This document shows, in pieces, positions 12,307 to 26,200 of a DNA stretch of 64,000 nt. The stretch lies in assembly GCA_002269645.1 (NCBI GenBank), contig NIVC01003014.1:1-64000 (forward strand). Direction: 5' to 3'. Position 1 is the stretch's first letter; the number at the start of each line of letters is the position of its first letter. The position numbers were made by a program, and so were the translations under genes. Source of the DNA: Macrostomum lignano (taxonomy: Eukaryota). The notes beneath the pieces were generated by a model, which was not told where the DNA came from, did no database searches, and saw nothing but the letters and a program-made list of their open reading frames with translations.

Positions 12307-12955
12307 TACGAGGAGTGTCCAAAAAGTATTATGAGAATTTCCAACTTAACTCATAGTTGAATTCCTGAGATAGATGAATGGCGCTGACGTTAAATGAAAG
12401 CGGCTTCAGCTATCTATAACATAGTTTTTGAATTTTGTAAATATCTACGGGCATTCAGAAGTTCTGTCCAATCTAGTACTGTGACCCTGGGTATAGCTTA
12501 CAGAAAATGACTTTAATCAACCCGCCGATGCTCCACCAAGGACTACTAGACTAGACGAACTAGACTAGACTAGACTATAACGAAGTGTTTCTAGTGGTCC
12601 TTGTGCTCCACCATGACAACGCCCGACCACACACGGCTTCAAGGACACTGGAGGCAATTCGACGCATGAAGTTTGAACTCCTGCCTCACCCACCTTGCTC
12701 GCCTGACTTGGCGCCAGCTAATTTTGTCTTTACCGAGGCTGAAGGAGCTGCTAAGAGTCTACGCCAATCGTCACGCCAATCGCTGGGAGAAATGCGTCAA
12801 CTGCAACGGTGACTACGTGGAGAAGGTTTCCATCCTCAACGACAAGGATATTTGAGCGCGACTTTGACTATCATGTTTAGAACTTTTAACATTTAACGTC
12901 AGCGCCATTCATCTATCTGAATCCAACTATGAGATAGTTGGAAATTCCCGAGAAT
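12307..12955 (+). mobile_element. Internally deleted mariner element
   Basis: HHDNARPH...PHPPCSPDLAP transposase motifs (12585-12720); TA|CGAGGAGTGTCCAAAAAGT left end; ~65-bp inverted repeats at ~12330-12395 and ~12887-12955. Confidence 0.85.
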
Positions 12956-13008
12956 AACGAGAATATCAACATGTGCCTATGCGGGCACATGTTAAACTAT
13001 AGTATTAG

Positions 13009-15615
13009 TCATTCAGCATTCTGTTCATCAGCTAGCAGCATAGCGTACAGCTGTTTATCCGCCATGCAGCCCTTCATAAATTCCTCTCGAGACAGCACCC
13101 CGTCGCCATTGTCGTCCATTTTTTCGAAGATTTCGACGGTTCGATCTTCCGGCGACATGTCCACGTTGGACTCGTCGGCGCCAAGCATGCTGTAGATGGC
13201 CTGTTTGGTTGGGCAGGTTGCCGGGTGGAAACCACACTGAGGTTTTTTATTAGACTCAAGCAAGGTTTTTTCAGGTGCAAAATATGAGAACAAAGTTGAT
13301 GGCACCCAATTTCGGTTAAAAAAGTTTGTCAGAAGCTCGAAGATTGATGACGAAGATGTCAGGGGTGTGGTATCAAGATTGATGTCAGGGGTGTGGTATC
13401 AAGATTGATGTCAGGAGTGTACTAAGCTTGATGTCAGGAGTGTACCAAGATTAATGTCAGGAGTGTACCAAACTTGATGTCAGGAGTGTACCAAGATTAA
13501 TGTCAGGAGTGTACCAAGATTGATGTCAGGGGTGTACCAAGATTGATGTCAGGGGTGTACCAAGATTGATGTCAGGGGTGTACCAAGATTGATGTCAGGG
13601 GTGTACCAAGATTAATGTCAGGAGTGTACTAAGCTTGATGTCAGGAGTGTACCAAGATTGATGTCAGGGGTGTACCAAGATTGATGTCAGGGGTGTACCA
13701 AGATTGATGTCAGGGGTGTACCAAGATTGATGTCAGGAGTGTACCAAGAGTGATGTCAGGGGTGTACCAAGATTGATGTCAGGAGTGTACTAAGATTGAT
13801 GTCAGGGGTGTACCATGATTGATGTCAGGGGTGTACCAAGAGTGATGTCAGGGGTGTACCAAGATTGATCTCAGGAGTGTACCAAGATTGATGTCAGGAA
13901 CCCCCAAGACAGATATCAGGAGCACAAAGACAGACGTCAGAAACACAAAAACCTATCCTGACGCCAAAAAATTCCCACCTTGATAATCTCAACCATTTCA
14001 GACTTTTCAATCGTCCCATTTCCGTCGATGTCGTACATCTGGAAGGCCCACTCCAGCTTGTCCTGCGGCTTGCCACCTGAAGTGATGTTAATAGCTAGCA
14101 GGAACTCTTTAAAGTCAATTTTGCCCGAATTGTCCTTGTCGAATGTGCGAAACACGTGCGTGCAGAACTGTTCCGCGTCGCCGTCGGGAAAGAAGCCGGA
14201 GTAGACTTCGATAAACTTCCGCTTGCTCAGCTGGCCTGATGGACAGTCGCGCTGGAATGAGTTTCAGAGTTTCATGCTCAGCTGGGTTTAATGATGTACA
14301 GCTGACTCAAGTAGAAGTGGGCGCCCCACTCAAATGAAAATGGCACCCTGCACTCAAATGAAAATGGCACCCTGCACTCAAATGAAAATGGCACCCGCTT
14401 TCAAATGAAAATGGCACCCTGCACTCAAATGAAAATGGCACCCTACTCAAATCAAAATGGCACCCTGCACTCAAATGAAAATGGCACCCGCTTTCAAATG
14501 AAAATGGAACCCTGCACAGGCTGCACTCAAATGAAAATGGCACCCTACTCAAATCAAAATGGCACCCTACACTCAAATGAAAATGGCACCCGCTTTCAAA
14601 TGAAAATGGAACCCTGCACAGGCTGCACTCAAATGAAAATGGCACCCTACACTCAAATGAAAATGGCAACCTGCACTCAAATGAAAATGGCACCCTACTC
14701 AAATCAAAATGGCACCCTACACTCAAATCAAAATGGCACCCTACACTCAAATGAAAATGGCACCCTACTCAAATCAAAATGGCACCCTACACTCAAATGA
14801 AAATGGCAACCTGCACTCAAATGAAAATGGCACCCTACTCAAATCAAAATGACACCCTGCACTCAAATGAAAATGGCACCCTGCACTCAAATGAAAATGG
14901 CACCCTACTCAAATCAAAATGGCACCCTACACTCAAATGAAAATGGCAACCTGCACTCAAATGAAAATGGCACCCTACTCAAATCAAAATGACACCCTGC
15001 ACTCAAATGAAAATGGCACCCTGCACTCAAATGAAAATGGCACCCTACTCAAATCAAAATGGCACCCTACACTCAAATGAAAATGGCAACCTGCACTCAA
15101 ATGAAAATGGCACCCTACTCAAATCAAAATGACACCCTGCACTCAAATGAAAATGGGGCCACACTCAAACAAAGATGGCACCCTGCACTCAAATGAAAAT
15201 GGCACCCTGCACTCAAATGAAAATGGGGCCACACTCAAACAAAGATGGCACCCTGCACTCAAATGAAAATGGCACCCTGCACTCAAATGAAAATGGCACC
15301 CAGTCAAATAAAAATGGCACCCTACTCAAATGAAAATGCCACCCAGTCAAATCAAAATGACGTCACCCTACTTAAATCAAAATGGCACCCTACTCAAATA
15401 AAAATGGCACCACACTCGAATGAAAATGGCACCCCAGTCAAATAAAACAACAAGAGCCAGGGGTTCTCATAACTCGTAAGTTACATGTACACTATACTCA
15501 CAGTGAATCCGCGATACCATAGTTTAATCTGTTTCTTCGTAAATTTAGTATTGGACAAAAGAAACTGCATGTCCTCTTTTGGCAGCTTCCGACGTGGTCC
15601 AATGACGTTGCCCAT
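13009..15615 (-). CDS. ncs-2: Neuronal calcium sensor, NCS-2/neurocalcin-like EF-hand protein (192 aa); exons 15615-15502, 14251-13979, 13200-13009
   Basis: [31 protein letters not shown]|[30 protein letters not shown]..|[18 protein letters not shown]; GT-AG phase-0 introns; closely resembles nematode NCS-2. Confidence 0.95.
13355..13899. repeat. 23-bp minisatellite in NCS intron 2 (GATGTCAGGGGTGTACCAAGATT)
   Basis: Direct reading. Confidence 0.95.
14328..15446. repeat. 24-bp minisatellite in NCS intron 1 (CTCAAATGAAAATGGCACCCTGCA)
   Basis: Direct reading; 8-aa periodic spurious ORFs. Confidence 0.95.
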
Positions 15616-15812
15616 TGGTTTTCAAGCATTGGAGTCAGTGTTACTAATCAAGTAAATGGCGTCTACACCAGAGTTCACAGCAATAGTTATACAAATATCC
15701 GAGCTCGTACACGCTTTTCATTGGAACAAACTCAACGAATCAGATCAACTCAAATGGGAGAAATTTACTGAATCAGACGGAGGTTTAGTGCATGCACGAT
15801 CACTAGTCGTTT

Positions 15813-17062
15813 GAGGACCTCTGAGAGCACCTGGACTGTAGTTTAATGCAGTCTGATTAGCATAAGGACTTCTGAGAATACCTGCAAGGACTGGAGCTTA
15901 TTTAGCAGTCTGGTCTGCATAAGGACCTCTGAGAATAGCTACAAGGACTGGAGTTTAATACAGTCCGGTCTGCATAAGGACCTCTGAGAATAGCTACAAG
16001 GACTGGAGTTTAATACAGTCCGGTCTGCATAAGGACCTCTGAGAATAGCTACAAGGACTGGAGTTTAATACAGTCCGGTCTGCATAAGGACCTCTGAGAA
16101 TAGCTACAAGGACTGGAGTTTAAAACAGCCCGGTCTGCATAAGGACCTCTGAGAATAGCTACAAGGACTGGAGTTAAAAACAGCCCGGTCTGCATAAGGA
16201 CCTCTGAGAATAGCTACAAGGACTGGAGTTAAAAACAGCCCGGTCTGCATAAGGACCTCTGAGAATAGCTACAAGGACTGGAGTTTAATACAGTCCGGTC
16301 TGCATAAGGACCTCTGAGAACACCTGGACTGTATAGTTTAATACAGTCCGGTCTGCACAAGGACCTCTGAGAACACCTGGACTGGAGTTTAATACAGTCC
16401 GGTCTGCATAAGGACCTCTGAGAACACCTGGACTGGAGTTTAAAGCAGCCCGGTCTGCATAAGGACCTCTGAGAATAGCTACAAGGACTGAAGTTTAAAA
16501 CAGTCTGGTCTGCATAAGGACCTCTGAGAATAGCTACAAGGACTGAAGTTTAAAACAGTCTGGTCTGCATAAGGACCTCTGAGAATAGCTACAAGGACTG
16601 GAGTTTAATACAGTCCGGTCTGCATAAGGACCTCTGAGAATAGCTACAAGGACTGGAGTTTAATACAGTCCGGTCTGCATAAGGACCTCTGAGAATAGCT
16701 ACAAGGACTGGAGTTTAATACAGTCCGGTCTGCACAAGGACCTCTGAGAACACCTGGACTGGAGTTTAATACAGTCGGGTCTGCATAAGGACCTCGATCT
16801 GAGTATAATTGCAAGGACTGGAGCTTATTTAACAGTCTGGTCTGCATAAGGACCTCTGAGTATAACTGCAAGGACTGGAGCTTATTTAACAGTCTGGTCT
16901 GCATAAGGACCTCGATCTGAGTATAATTGCAAGGACTGGAGCTTATTTAACAGTCTGGTCTGCATAAGGACCTCTGAGTATAACTGCAAGGACTGGAGCT
17001 TATTTAACAATCTGGTCTGCATAAGGACCTCTGAGAACACCTGGACTGGAGTTTAAAACAGT
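15813..17062. repeat. 55-bp minisatellite upstream of the NCS ATG (probably in a 5'UTR intron)
   Basis: GGACTG recurs at 15945 and 16000 and onward; a candidate minus-strand donor lies near 17197. Confidence 0.95.
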
Positions 17063-17701
17063 ATACTGCTGTTCATTTCTTCACAACACTCCAGGCAATA
17101 TAAATATTGTAGAAACATTCTAACACAATGTGTACATGTAGTTTAATAAGAATTTATGTGGTGGCTCCGGGGCTAAAAGTCGACTGATTCCCTTACACCC
17201 CCCTAGCAGGCCTACTAGGAGCAGGAGAGCCGCAGAATCGAGGGCAAACTGCAGGGCTTGGGTTGCAGCAGGGCGTTATAGAATATCAGTTATAGCTAGC
17301 ATGGACTGCAAAGAGGGGGTGGGGAGCAGAGCAGAAAACGGAGGGAAAGCTATCGTTAAGCCGCGCTCACTCGCATCCATTTTCCTTTTTTGCATGGGCT
17401 CCATTTCTCGGCTTTCATTCCCAATGCCTTATCGACACCAGCTACGAGCTTCCTATAGTAGTAGTGTGTTCTGTGCGGGTGTGTATGTTTGCAAACCACA
17501 GCCTGCTGTTTCTCGGGCAGTTCCGGTTGGAAAGAACATTTTCGCTCAGGAATCCGTTTCCTGATCCCGATCCCAATCTTCTAAATCTCTTTCCTTTAGC
17601 AATGGTTTGTTCCGATTTTTTGTTTGCTCTTTGTAAAACATACAGCAGTGCAATGCGAATTTGGAGACGGATATAGAAGCATATGGGGCTGAATTATTGA
17701 T

Positions 17702-17757
17702 GAAGCCAAGCGGCAACACGTCTGACTGTCGTGCCAGAGTGCCCGGGTTCGATTCCT
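17702..17757 (+). mobile_element. tRNA-like SINE head truncated by a microsatellite
   Basis: AGCCAAGCGG...GTCTGACTGTC...GGGTTCGATTCC followed directly by (TATC)n. Confidence 0.4.
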
Positions 17758-17758
17758 G

Positions 17759-17843
17759 TCTATCTATCTACATGTATCTGAGTATTTATCTATCTATCTA
17801 TCTATCCATATATCTATGTATCTATCCATATATCTATCTATGA

Positions 17844-17918
<75 letters not shown>

Positions 17919-18240
17919 CATATATCTATCTATGAATCTATCTATTTATTTATCTATCTATCTATCTATCCATATATCTATGTATCTATCTATCTATCTA
18001 TCTATCCATATATCTATGTATCTATCTATGAATCTATCTATATATCTATCTATCTATCCATGAATCTATCTATATATCTATCTATCTATCTATGAATATA
18101 TCTATCTATCTATCTATCCATATATCTATGTATCTATCTATCTATCTTCTATCTATATATCTATCTATCTATATATCTATCTATCTATATATCTATCTAT
18201 CTATGTATCTATCTATCTATCTACCTATCTATCCATCTAT
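17759..18240. repeat. (TATC)n microsatellite
   Basis: Direct reading. Confidence 0.95.
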
Positions 18241-18928
18241 AATAAAAGTTCACTTTTAAGAACTAAATGTGCACGGAATCCAGCGTAAAAAGTGACCACT
18301 TTGTTTACAGTGAGTTGACACACATCTGGTGTTTTAAGGATCTGTGGTTTAAACCCAATCGGCCTTATTGGCAACTGTATACGAGTTACAGGTCAGTCTC
18401 CGCAGCAAGTGCGGAAGTTGAAGTACGCCATATATCGCAATAAACTAAAAAGAAAGATATTGCAACGTGGACAGCTACGGGGGCCATGGAACGCCGCCAA
18501 AATCCGATCAAGCTTATTAACAAAATGCCGGACGAAAAGAATAATAGGACAGAATTGGATTGAAGTTGATTAAATCTCCCCGTATATTGAGCTATTATTG
18601 AATTATAACAGCTATGCGGCGGTAACTTCCTGAGAAATCGGCAGCCCAGTCAACAGCATTGGCTCATAAATCCCTATTGAATAGCATATAAAGAGCTTAG
18701 TCAAGACTTATACATAATGTTATATTCCACTACGAGTATTTACGCATAAGCAAAGTTTTCAAAGAACTTGCTGATTAAGTTTTTTCCCCAGACTAGATAG
18801 AAGCGAAATATTATTCTATAGTTGAATTTGTAACGGTCACACACCTGGGATTCAATATGTATGGCTATAAAAAGGGTATAAAAATACTATTGTTATTACA
18901 ACTACTAATACTATAAATACCCCCCCCC

Positions 18929-19275
18929 CTGTAGCCTAGTGGTCAGAACGTCGGATCATGAATTAAAGGTCGGGGGTTCGAGTACCATCACACTCGGAAC
19001 AATTTGTGCCCTTGAGCAAGACACTGCATTGCTTCAGTTCACCCAGCTGTAAAATGGGTGCCAGCATTAGCTGGGGTAATTGAGGCTGTGTGGCGACCCC
19101 CCAGTCCTTGGACTGAACAGCCGTACGCAGCCTTCAGATGCGCCGCGCAATAGCTGCGGCTGAGCTGTCGGTTGCACATCTGGCCATTAGGGCAGATGTA
19201 CTCAATCGTTACATTATTACTAGTACTACTACTACTACTGCAACTACTAGTACTACTGCTAGTACTACTACGTGA
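18929..19275 (+). mobile_element. tRNA-derived SINE with a CORE-like central domain
   Basis: A-box TAGCCTAGTGG, B-box GGTTCGAGTACC, then GTGCCCTTGAGCAAGACACT...CTTCAGTT...CTGTAAAATGGG (MIR/CORE-like) and a (TAC)n tail. Confidence 0.7.
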
Positions 19276-20291
19276 GTTAAGTAGGCAGAAAAAACACCTT
19301 TCCTAATGCTTATAGACCAGTCGAAACGGGAACTTATCAGTGCATGTATAAATATATTATCTTTATGCATATATATTCTCGTATATCTCTAAATCAGAGC
19401 ATATTTTGTAATATTACAAAAAACAATATAATATTACAGAACGAGACAGTAGCAGGAAAAATAAAAAGAGATTAAGTTGATCAATTGTGGCAGAAGCAAT
19501 ACAAAATAAATATACACCCAAGCTAATGTTTTAAGTGTTTTAAGCTTTGCTTTTATTTAGACAGAAAATTTAATTGGATCAAAAAACAAAAACAAAAATT
19601 CAAATGACATTGAATATTGACTTATTTTACGTATTAAATAAAGAAAGAGAACAATAGAAAAAAATCTGAATAGACATTGAAAACAGGGGCAGCAGATCCT
19701 TCACTTTTTGTCAAGGATAAACTTGAATAAAAGACCGTCAATAATGTGTTTTCCATCAGTTTATCAAAGATACATGAACTCTACAATCAAGAAGCAAAAG
19801 TAAAAAACTGAGAAAAAAAGTAATGACGCATACTAATAGTAGATTATATAAGCATTTAATTATTTTTTAAACGATTTTGTTGAAATTTGAAATTTATATT
19901 TTTATTATAAGTTATATTTGATAGACAAATATCAGTGACATAGCAAAAATATACAAACTCCACACACTACTTACTCTTCACGTTTAGTAGTAGCCACGTC
20001 AGCTTTAAAGATTAAATTAAAAACTTCACGTGAAGACAAATACGCTCGTATATATTTTAAATTAACTTGTGATTATACAATCAAATAAACAAAAATATAA
20101 GAGTTTGAAACGTCAAAGACGTCAAAAAAAAACAAATATAATAGGCGCCTATAAAAACCTTTTTTGAAATATAGTTAATTACGAAACATATCGACAAAAA
20201 TCTAATATTAGTCCATTTGTCAATGTGCTTTATGCGGTATATAGACAGAATCTTTTCTCTTCAAGACAGTCTCGAGAATATTTTGATTGAT

Positions 20292-23200
20292 TTACGACAC
20301 CACGCATCCGCTAGAATTGTTGGGATCTTTCTCACTCTGATAGATGGGCTGCTCTTTGACTGGCTGAACCGGCGCTTTGTCTTCTTTCTCTTCTGCTTTT
20401 TTGCTCTCCTCACTCTCCGACTTGACGCCCATTTTTGTCAGATCAAAGCCTTTATAGGCTTCGGGCGTCCACAGCTTGTTAATCTCCGGCAGCTGGTAGT
20501 TCTCTGGAGCGGCTAAGCCGAATGTCGGCTTCAGCTCCAGCTCGGGAATCTCCGAGGGCACGTTCTGATGGTAGCTGGAGTATTGTGAGGAATAAAGAGC
20601 GGGGTTCTTAGTTCCGATGATAAAGTTTAGGGTGAAAGTGAAGCACAGGTAAAATAGGAAAGCAGCGACTCTAAACGACTCTAAAACGCACGAGATGTCG
20701 CGCGGTACAAGTCGCTAAAAAGTGGTCAAAGAGTCGCCTAAGAGTCAATTTGAGCCGTTTTATTGTCTGCCACTCTGAAACCACTCTGACGCCGTAGAGT
20801 CGTGCCTGAGGCGTGCTGGAGTCGCTGAAGAATCACTGACTTGCTTCTAAAGTGCATCTGCGCCACTTATCGTTAGAGTCACTACTGACTTGTTTGCAAT
20901 GACTCTAGCGATTCTTGTAACGGTAACGTTTTTAACGGATTAATGATAATGACATGTGGGTATAATGACTTGGGATTCTGGTCATAATGACTTGGGATAC
21001 TGGTCGTAATGACTTGGGATTCTGGTCATAATGACTTGGGATTCTGGTCATAATGACTTGGGATTCTAGTCATAATGACATGGGATTTTAGTCATAATGA
21101 TTTGGGATTCTAGTCAAAATGACATGGGATTCTAGTCTTAATGACTTGGGAATTGGGATTCAGGTTATAATGGCTTAGAATTATGGTCATAATGACATGT
21201 GATTCTGTTTATACTCGTAATTACATGGGATTCTGAGATGCTATAACTTGATTGGGATTATCAACAATATTTCGATCTGAAGCTTATCTAAAAAAACTCA
21301 CATGAATCCATTCTCTCGTTCACACTTTTCCAGCGTCATTCTAACGTGGGGCCCCAGTTTGCGAAAGAACAGATGCTGCTCCGGGCGCACGGTCATGCCT
21401 GGCCCAGTGGTCTTGTTGTACTCGGCCGCGGCCACCTCAGCCTTTTGATAGACTGCATGAATTGGTCATATAGAAAATCGTTTGCAAATATAAAATAAAA
21501 CCAATATTCATATCGCCTACTGTAAGTAGGCAACAATTACAAGAAAACTGCCATAAAAATACAAAAGATTGACTGAAGAGTTTTGAATCATGTGTAAATA
21601 AAAATTAAAGTAATACTCACGTCGCCTACTACTAGTAGAAACACTAGCAAACTGCCATAAAAATACAAAAGATTAACTGAAAAGTTTTGCATAAAGTGTA
21701 AATAAAAATTAAAGTAATATTCACGTCGCCTACTACTAGTAGAAATACAAGAAAACTGCCAGAAAAATACAATAGATCAACCCAAAAGTTTCGCATAAAC
21801 TCATAACGATAAACGATAAGACTCACATTTGACAGCTTCGCGCAGACAAGCGATAGCTTCGCCACACTTGTCCACTTTGAGAAGGCCTTCGCCGTGATAG
21901 CTATAAGCGTAGGCCTGGTAGCAACAGTATTTGAATGTTAGATATTTGCGCCATTTAAGAACCTTCCTGTCGTCCATGGTGGATAGGGCCAGCTCTAAAG
22001 GGAGGAAGGTTGAAGATTCCAACATAATACCATTAAGCATCAATATATCGGCCTAGTCTATCTACATTTATGCCTAATACATGGACAAATACTGATTTTA
22101 TCTAATATCTACCTAACCCTCTGCGTCTACCTCATCCACCCTGCAGTCTACCTTATCTACCCCTCAGTCTACTTTGACTACTTCTCAGTCTACCTTCTCG
22201 ACTTCAGTCTACCTTGTCTACTTCTCAGTCCACCTTGTCTACTTCTCAGTCTACCTTGTCTACTTCTCAGTCTACCCTATCTACCCCTCAGTCGATTCTA
22301 TCTAATTCTGCGTCTACCTTATCTACCCCTCGGTCTACATATTTAACCTTCAGCCTGCTTTATCTACTTTTTTACTTCCGTCCGCCTCTATGCATTATTC
22401 CCTTTGTCTCCTACTCCAACTCAATTCTAATCTCCCTTTTTTCTCTACCCAACCCTCCGCTACCCCATCAATATATCACACACACCAGCAGTTTTAAACA
22501 TCCTAGCCGTATCCGAAGCCAGCGAGGCCACAATACTATGCGAATGCTCCAACTCGATAGCTCTGGCCATGGTGACTTCCTGAGCCTCAGCTGAGCACTG
22601 ATTCACGTAGGCGTCAACAACTCGATCGTCGAAATCCGTGCCAATATTGTCTTTCTGTATGAGCTTCTGCAGCTGGTTCTCCTTCACCTCTTTGAATATG
22701 CCGGCCGCTATGCGCAGGCATTTGTGCACCTCTTTGGCGTCCTCCATGCCGACCTTCTCGCTGGCTGACAATTTTGCTGCATGCTTGGTGTACCAGAGAG
22801 CCAGGTTGGTGAGCATGCAGATTAGCTCGAACTGGGCGTCAGCTTGGAAACTGAAATTTTTATGCGCATGGTTTAAGAGAAATATTGTCTAGTGAAACAT
22901 TATTAGACGTGGTTAGTGACGAGTTCCGAAGGGATTTGAAAAAATATTAAAGGATTATGGGGAGGGATAAGCTGCTTTTTTTTCTGCAGAAATACGGCGA
23001 TGATTTCTGAGACATTGTTGCAAAAATTTCTGGCGATTTTGGAGGAATCATGCGGAAGGATAAGGGGCGATTTCTGGTAGATTAAGGCAAAGGATTAGGG
23101 GCGATTTCTGGTAGATTAAGGCAAAGGATAAGGGGCGATTTCTGGTAGATTAAGGCAAAGGATAAGGGGCGATTTCTGGTAGATTAAGGCAAAGGATTAG

Positions 23201-26200
23201 GGGCGATTTCTGACGGATTATGGCAAAGGATTAGGGGCGATTTCTGACGGATTATGGCAAAGGATTAGGGGTGATTTCTGAAGGATTATGGCAAAGGATT
23301 AGGGGTGATTTCTGAAGGATTATGGCAAAGGATTAGGGGTGATTTCTGAAGGATTATGGCAAAGGATTAGGGGTGATTTCTGAAGGATTATGGCAAAGGA
23401 TTAGGGGCAATTTCTGATGGATTATGGCAAAGGATTAGGGGCAATTTCTGATGGATTATGGCAAAGGATTAGGGGCAATTTCTGATGGATTATGGCAAAG
23501 GATTAGGGGTGATTTCTGAAGGATTATGGCAAAGGATTAGGGGCAATTTCTGATGGATTATGGCAAAGGATTAGGGGCAATTTCTGATGGATTATGGCAA
23601 AGATTTGGGGACGATTTCTGACGGATTATGGCAAAGGATTAGGGGTGATTTCTGAAGGATTATGGCAAAGGATTAGGGGCAATTTCTGATGGATTATGGC
23701 AAAGGATTAGGGGTGATTTCTGAAGGATTATGGCAAAGGATTAGGGGCAATTTCTGATGGATTATGGCAAAGGATTAGGGGCAATTTCTGATGGATTATG
23801 GCAAAGGATTAGGGGCAATTTCTGATGGATTATGGCAAAGGATTAGGGGCAATTTCTGATGGATTATGGCAAAGGATTAGGGGCAATTTCTGATGGATTA
23901 TGGCAAAGATTTGGGGACGATTTCTGACGGATTATGGCAAAGGATTAGGGACGACTTTTAAGGGATCATTGGAAAGGATTAGGGACGATTTCTGAGGGAT
24001 TATTGGGAAGGATTAGGAGCGATTTCTGATGGATTATGGCAAATGATTAGGAGCGATTTCTAAGGGATCATTGGAAAGGGTTAGAAGCAATTTCTGAGGG
24101 GTTATTGGGAAGGATTAGGGGCGATTTCTGAGTGAATAGTGATGATTTCAGAAGGTTTGTGGCTTTTTTAAGGAAAGAAAATAGAACAATATATTTTAGG
24201 ATGTTGAAGACTAGCAATGCATACTGAAGCATAGTGAAATAAAATGAACAGACCAATCTAATAAGATGAATAGAAACCTAGATAACACCATAAAAAGGTC
24301 TCTTACGCAGGTTGCTCGCCTTTCAACTGCAATGAGTCAGTCCATTTGAATTTCAAAGCGTGCCGAATTTTGCTACTGTCAGTGCCAGTCTCTGGGCCAT
24401 GGATGAAGCCAACTAGCAGGCTGAGGTACTGATTGGCCGCCTCTTCAACTATTGACACGCTTAGATTTGGGTCAGCCAGCATGTCCAGCAGCTTGTTGCG
24501 CTTGTTAGTGGCATCACTAAGAAAAAGTGCAAAGTTATTTTGAAAAAAAATTAATTAAAGCAAAGAATTCTGTTGCTGAAATGAAATCATAGTCTATAAG
24601 ATCTTATAAGCCTATTATGTCGGTTAAGCAGTGTTGATAAATAGTCCGTTAATAAACAATAATTGGTCCTTTCACAATAGGTTTTTGCTTGTTTCTTTAA
24701 GGAGTTTAAATTTGTCAAAAAATGATAAGATACTTGTAATTTAGATGGTATCTTGTCTAACAAGGTGGTGATTTATCTTTTTTATTTTTATTACTTTGTT
24801 CTTTTGTTCTAGGGCTATTAATTCCTGTAGCCAACACAAGAAGTTGTAATAGGGCTATCGACTATATCCTATAGTTACTATAGTCACTATTGGCTGAGTA
24901 GTCACATGACTACTATTTTGTACAATAGGGACTTACATGTGCATGGCCAATAGAAATGGCTGGGTGAATCCCTAGGTTACACCCAAACATGAGGAGCAAA
25001 CTAGAGTTAATTAAATCCTCTCCTAAACCAATGCACTCCTTTGTTAGCAAGTTGGAGAGCAAATTGAAGGCCCTTTCGATTGCTGCATTGCCACATGGCA
25101 CTGTTAAAGGACTGGCAGCAAGCTTTGCTAATAGTGCATATTGCTCAATGCTATAAATATAGTGCTCACCAGAACTTGGTGAGATCTGGCTCTTTAGAAT
25201 ACCACTGTTGAATGCTTTGATCAATCAGAAACAAGCACCATTCTAGCAGGAGGGCATCACAATTTGAGGAAGACCACAAGAGAACCTTTGCAACATCAGT
25301 TTGGTAGTCTTTGCTACCAGAATAATCCAGTTGCAGAAAGCCTATGTCTCTCAGAAGGGTCACTTTCATAAGACCAAAATTTCACAACACCAAAAAGCAC
25401 TACCCTTTACAAGACCGAAACTTCATAAGACCAAAATTTCACAATGCCAAAAACTCAAAATGCAGGGCCCTTCACAAGAACAAAATTTCATAGGACCGAA
25501 AACTCAAAATGCTTATGTACTATATGGCATTTTATTTTATGCGGCCTTACGAAATTTTGGTCTTGTGAAGGGCCCACTAAGTTTTTGGCATTGTGAAACT
25601 TTGGTCTTATGAAACCCCCCCTCTCAGAAATGTATTGCTCAATGGCAAGGTGTCTTGCAAACTGCTGGATAAGTAGGCAAAGAAGGCTTTTACTCTAATG
25701 AAAAATTCTTGCCTCCCTTTGTGTAGCTTACTATATATAACACAAGTTATGTTTTGTCACCTATGAATAGCTTGTCTTTGGGCAGCCAATCCTTGCAATC
25801 AAATGTCACTATGCTGCTATTGAGCATAGTCATTCATATAGGCTGAGTCAAGAAAGAGAAACAATACACTTGTATATTTGGAAGATGTCTAAGTATAATC
25901 AATGTACCATTGGTCCTTAATGGTATGACTTTTCAAACTTTTCCAAAATTGGTACAAAAACTTTTAGGAAGCACAAATCTAGTTCAATTGCTTTTTATCA
26001 CAGAGTAATATGCACTTCAACAAGTTTCTTACTTTGTAGATTGCCTGGTCTCTGCCTAGGTAGTACCTTTAAAAAATAAATCTTCAATGTCAATAGCTAT
26101 TTTAAAATCCAAAACACAGTTTATAACAAGCAAAATCTAGAGCCACCTTGTCTTAATATACCAAATAAGATGATGACTTTGGACCTCCAGAATAGACTAG

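Noticed and set aside
14307-15445. Repetitive ORFs (MKMAPCTQ..)
   Set aside because: 24-bp array within NCS intron 1.
15813-17062. CRISPR-like appearance of this and other arrays
   Set aside because: Units are contiguous with no unique spacers, there are no cas genes, and the context is eukaryotic.
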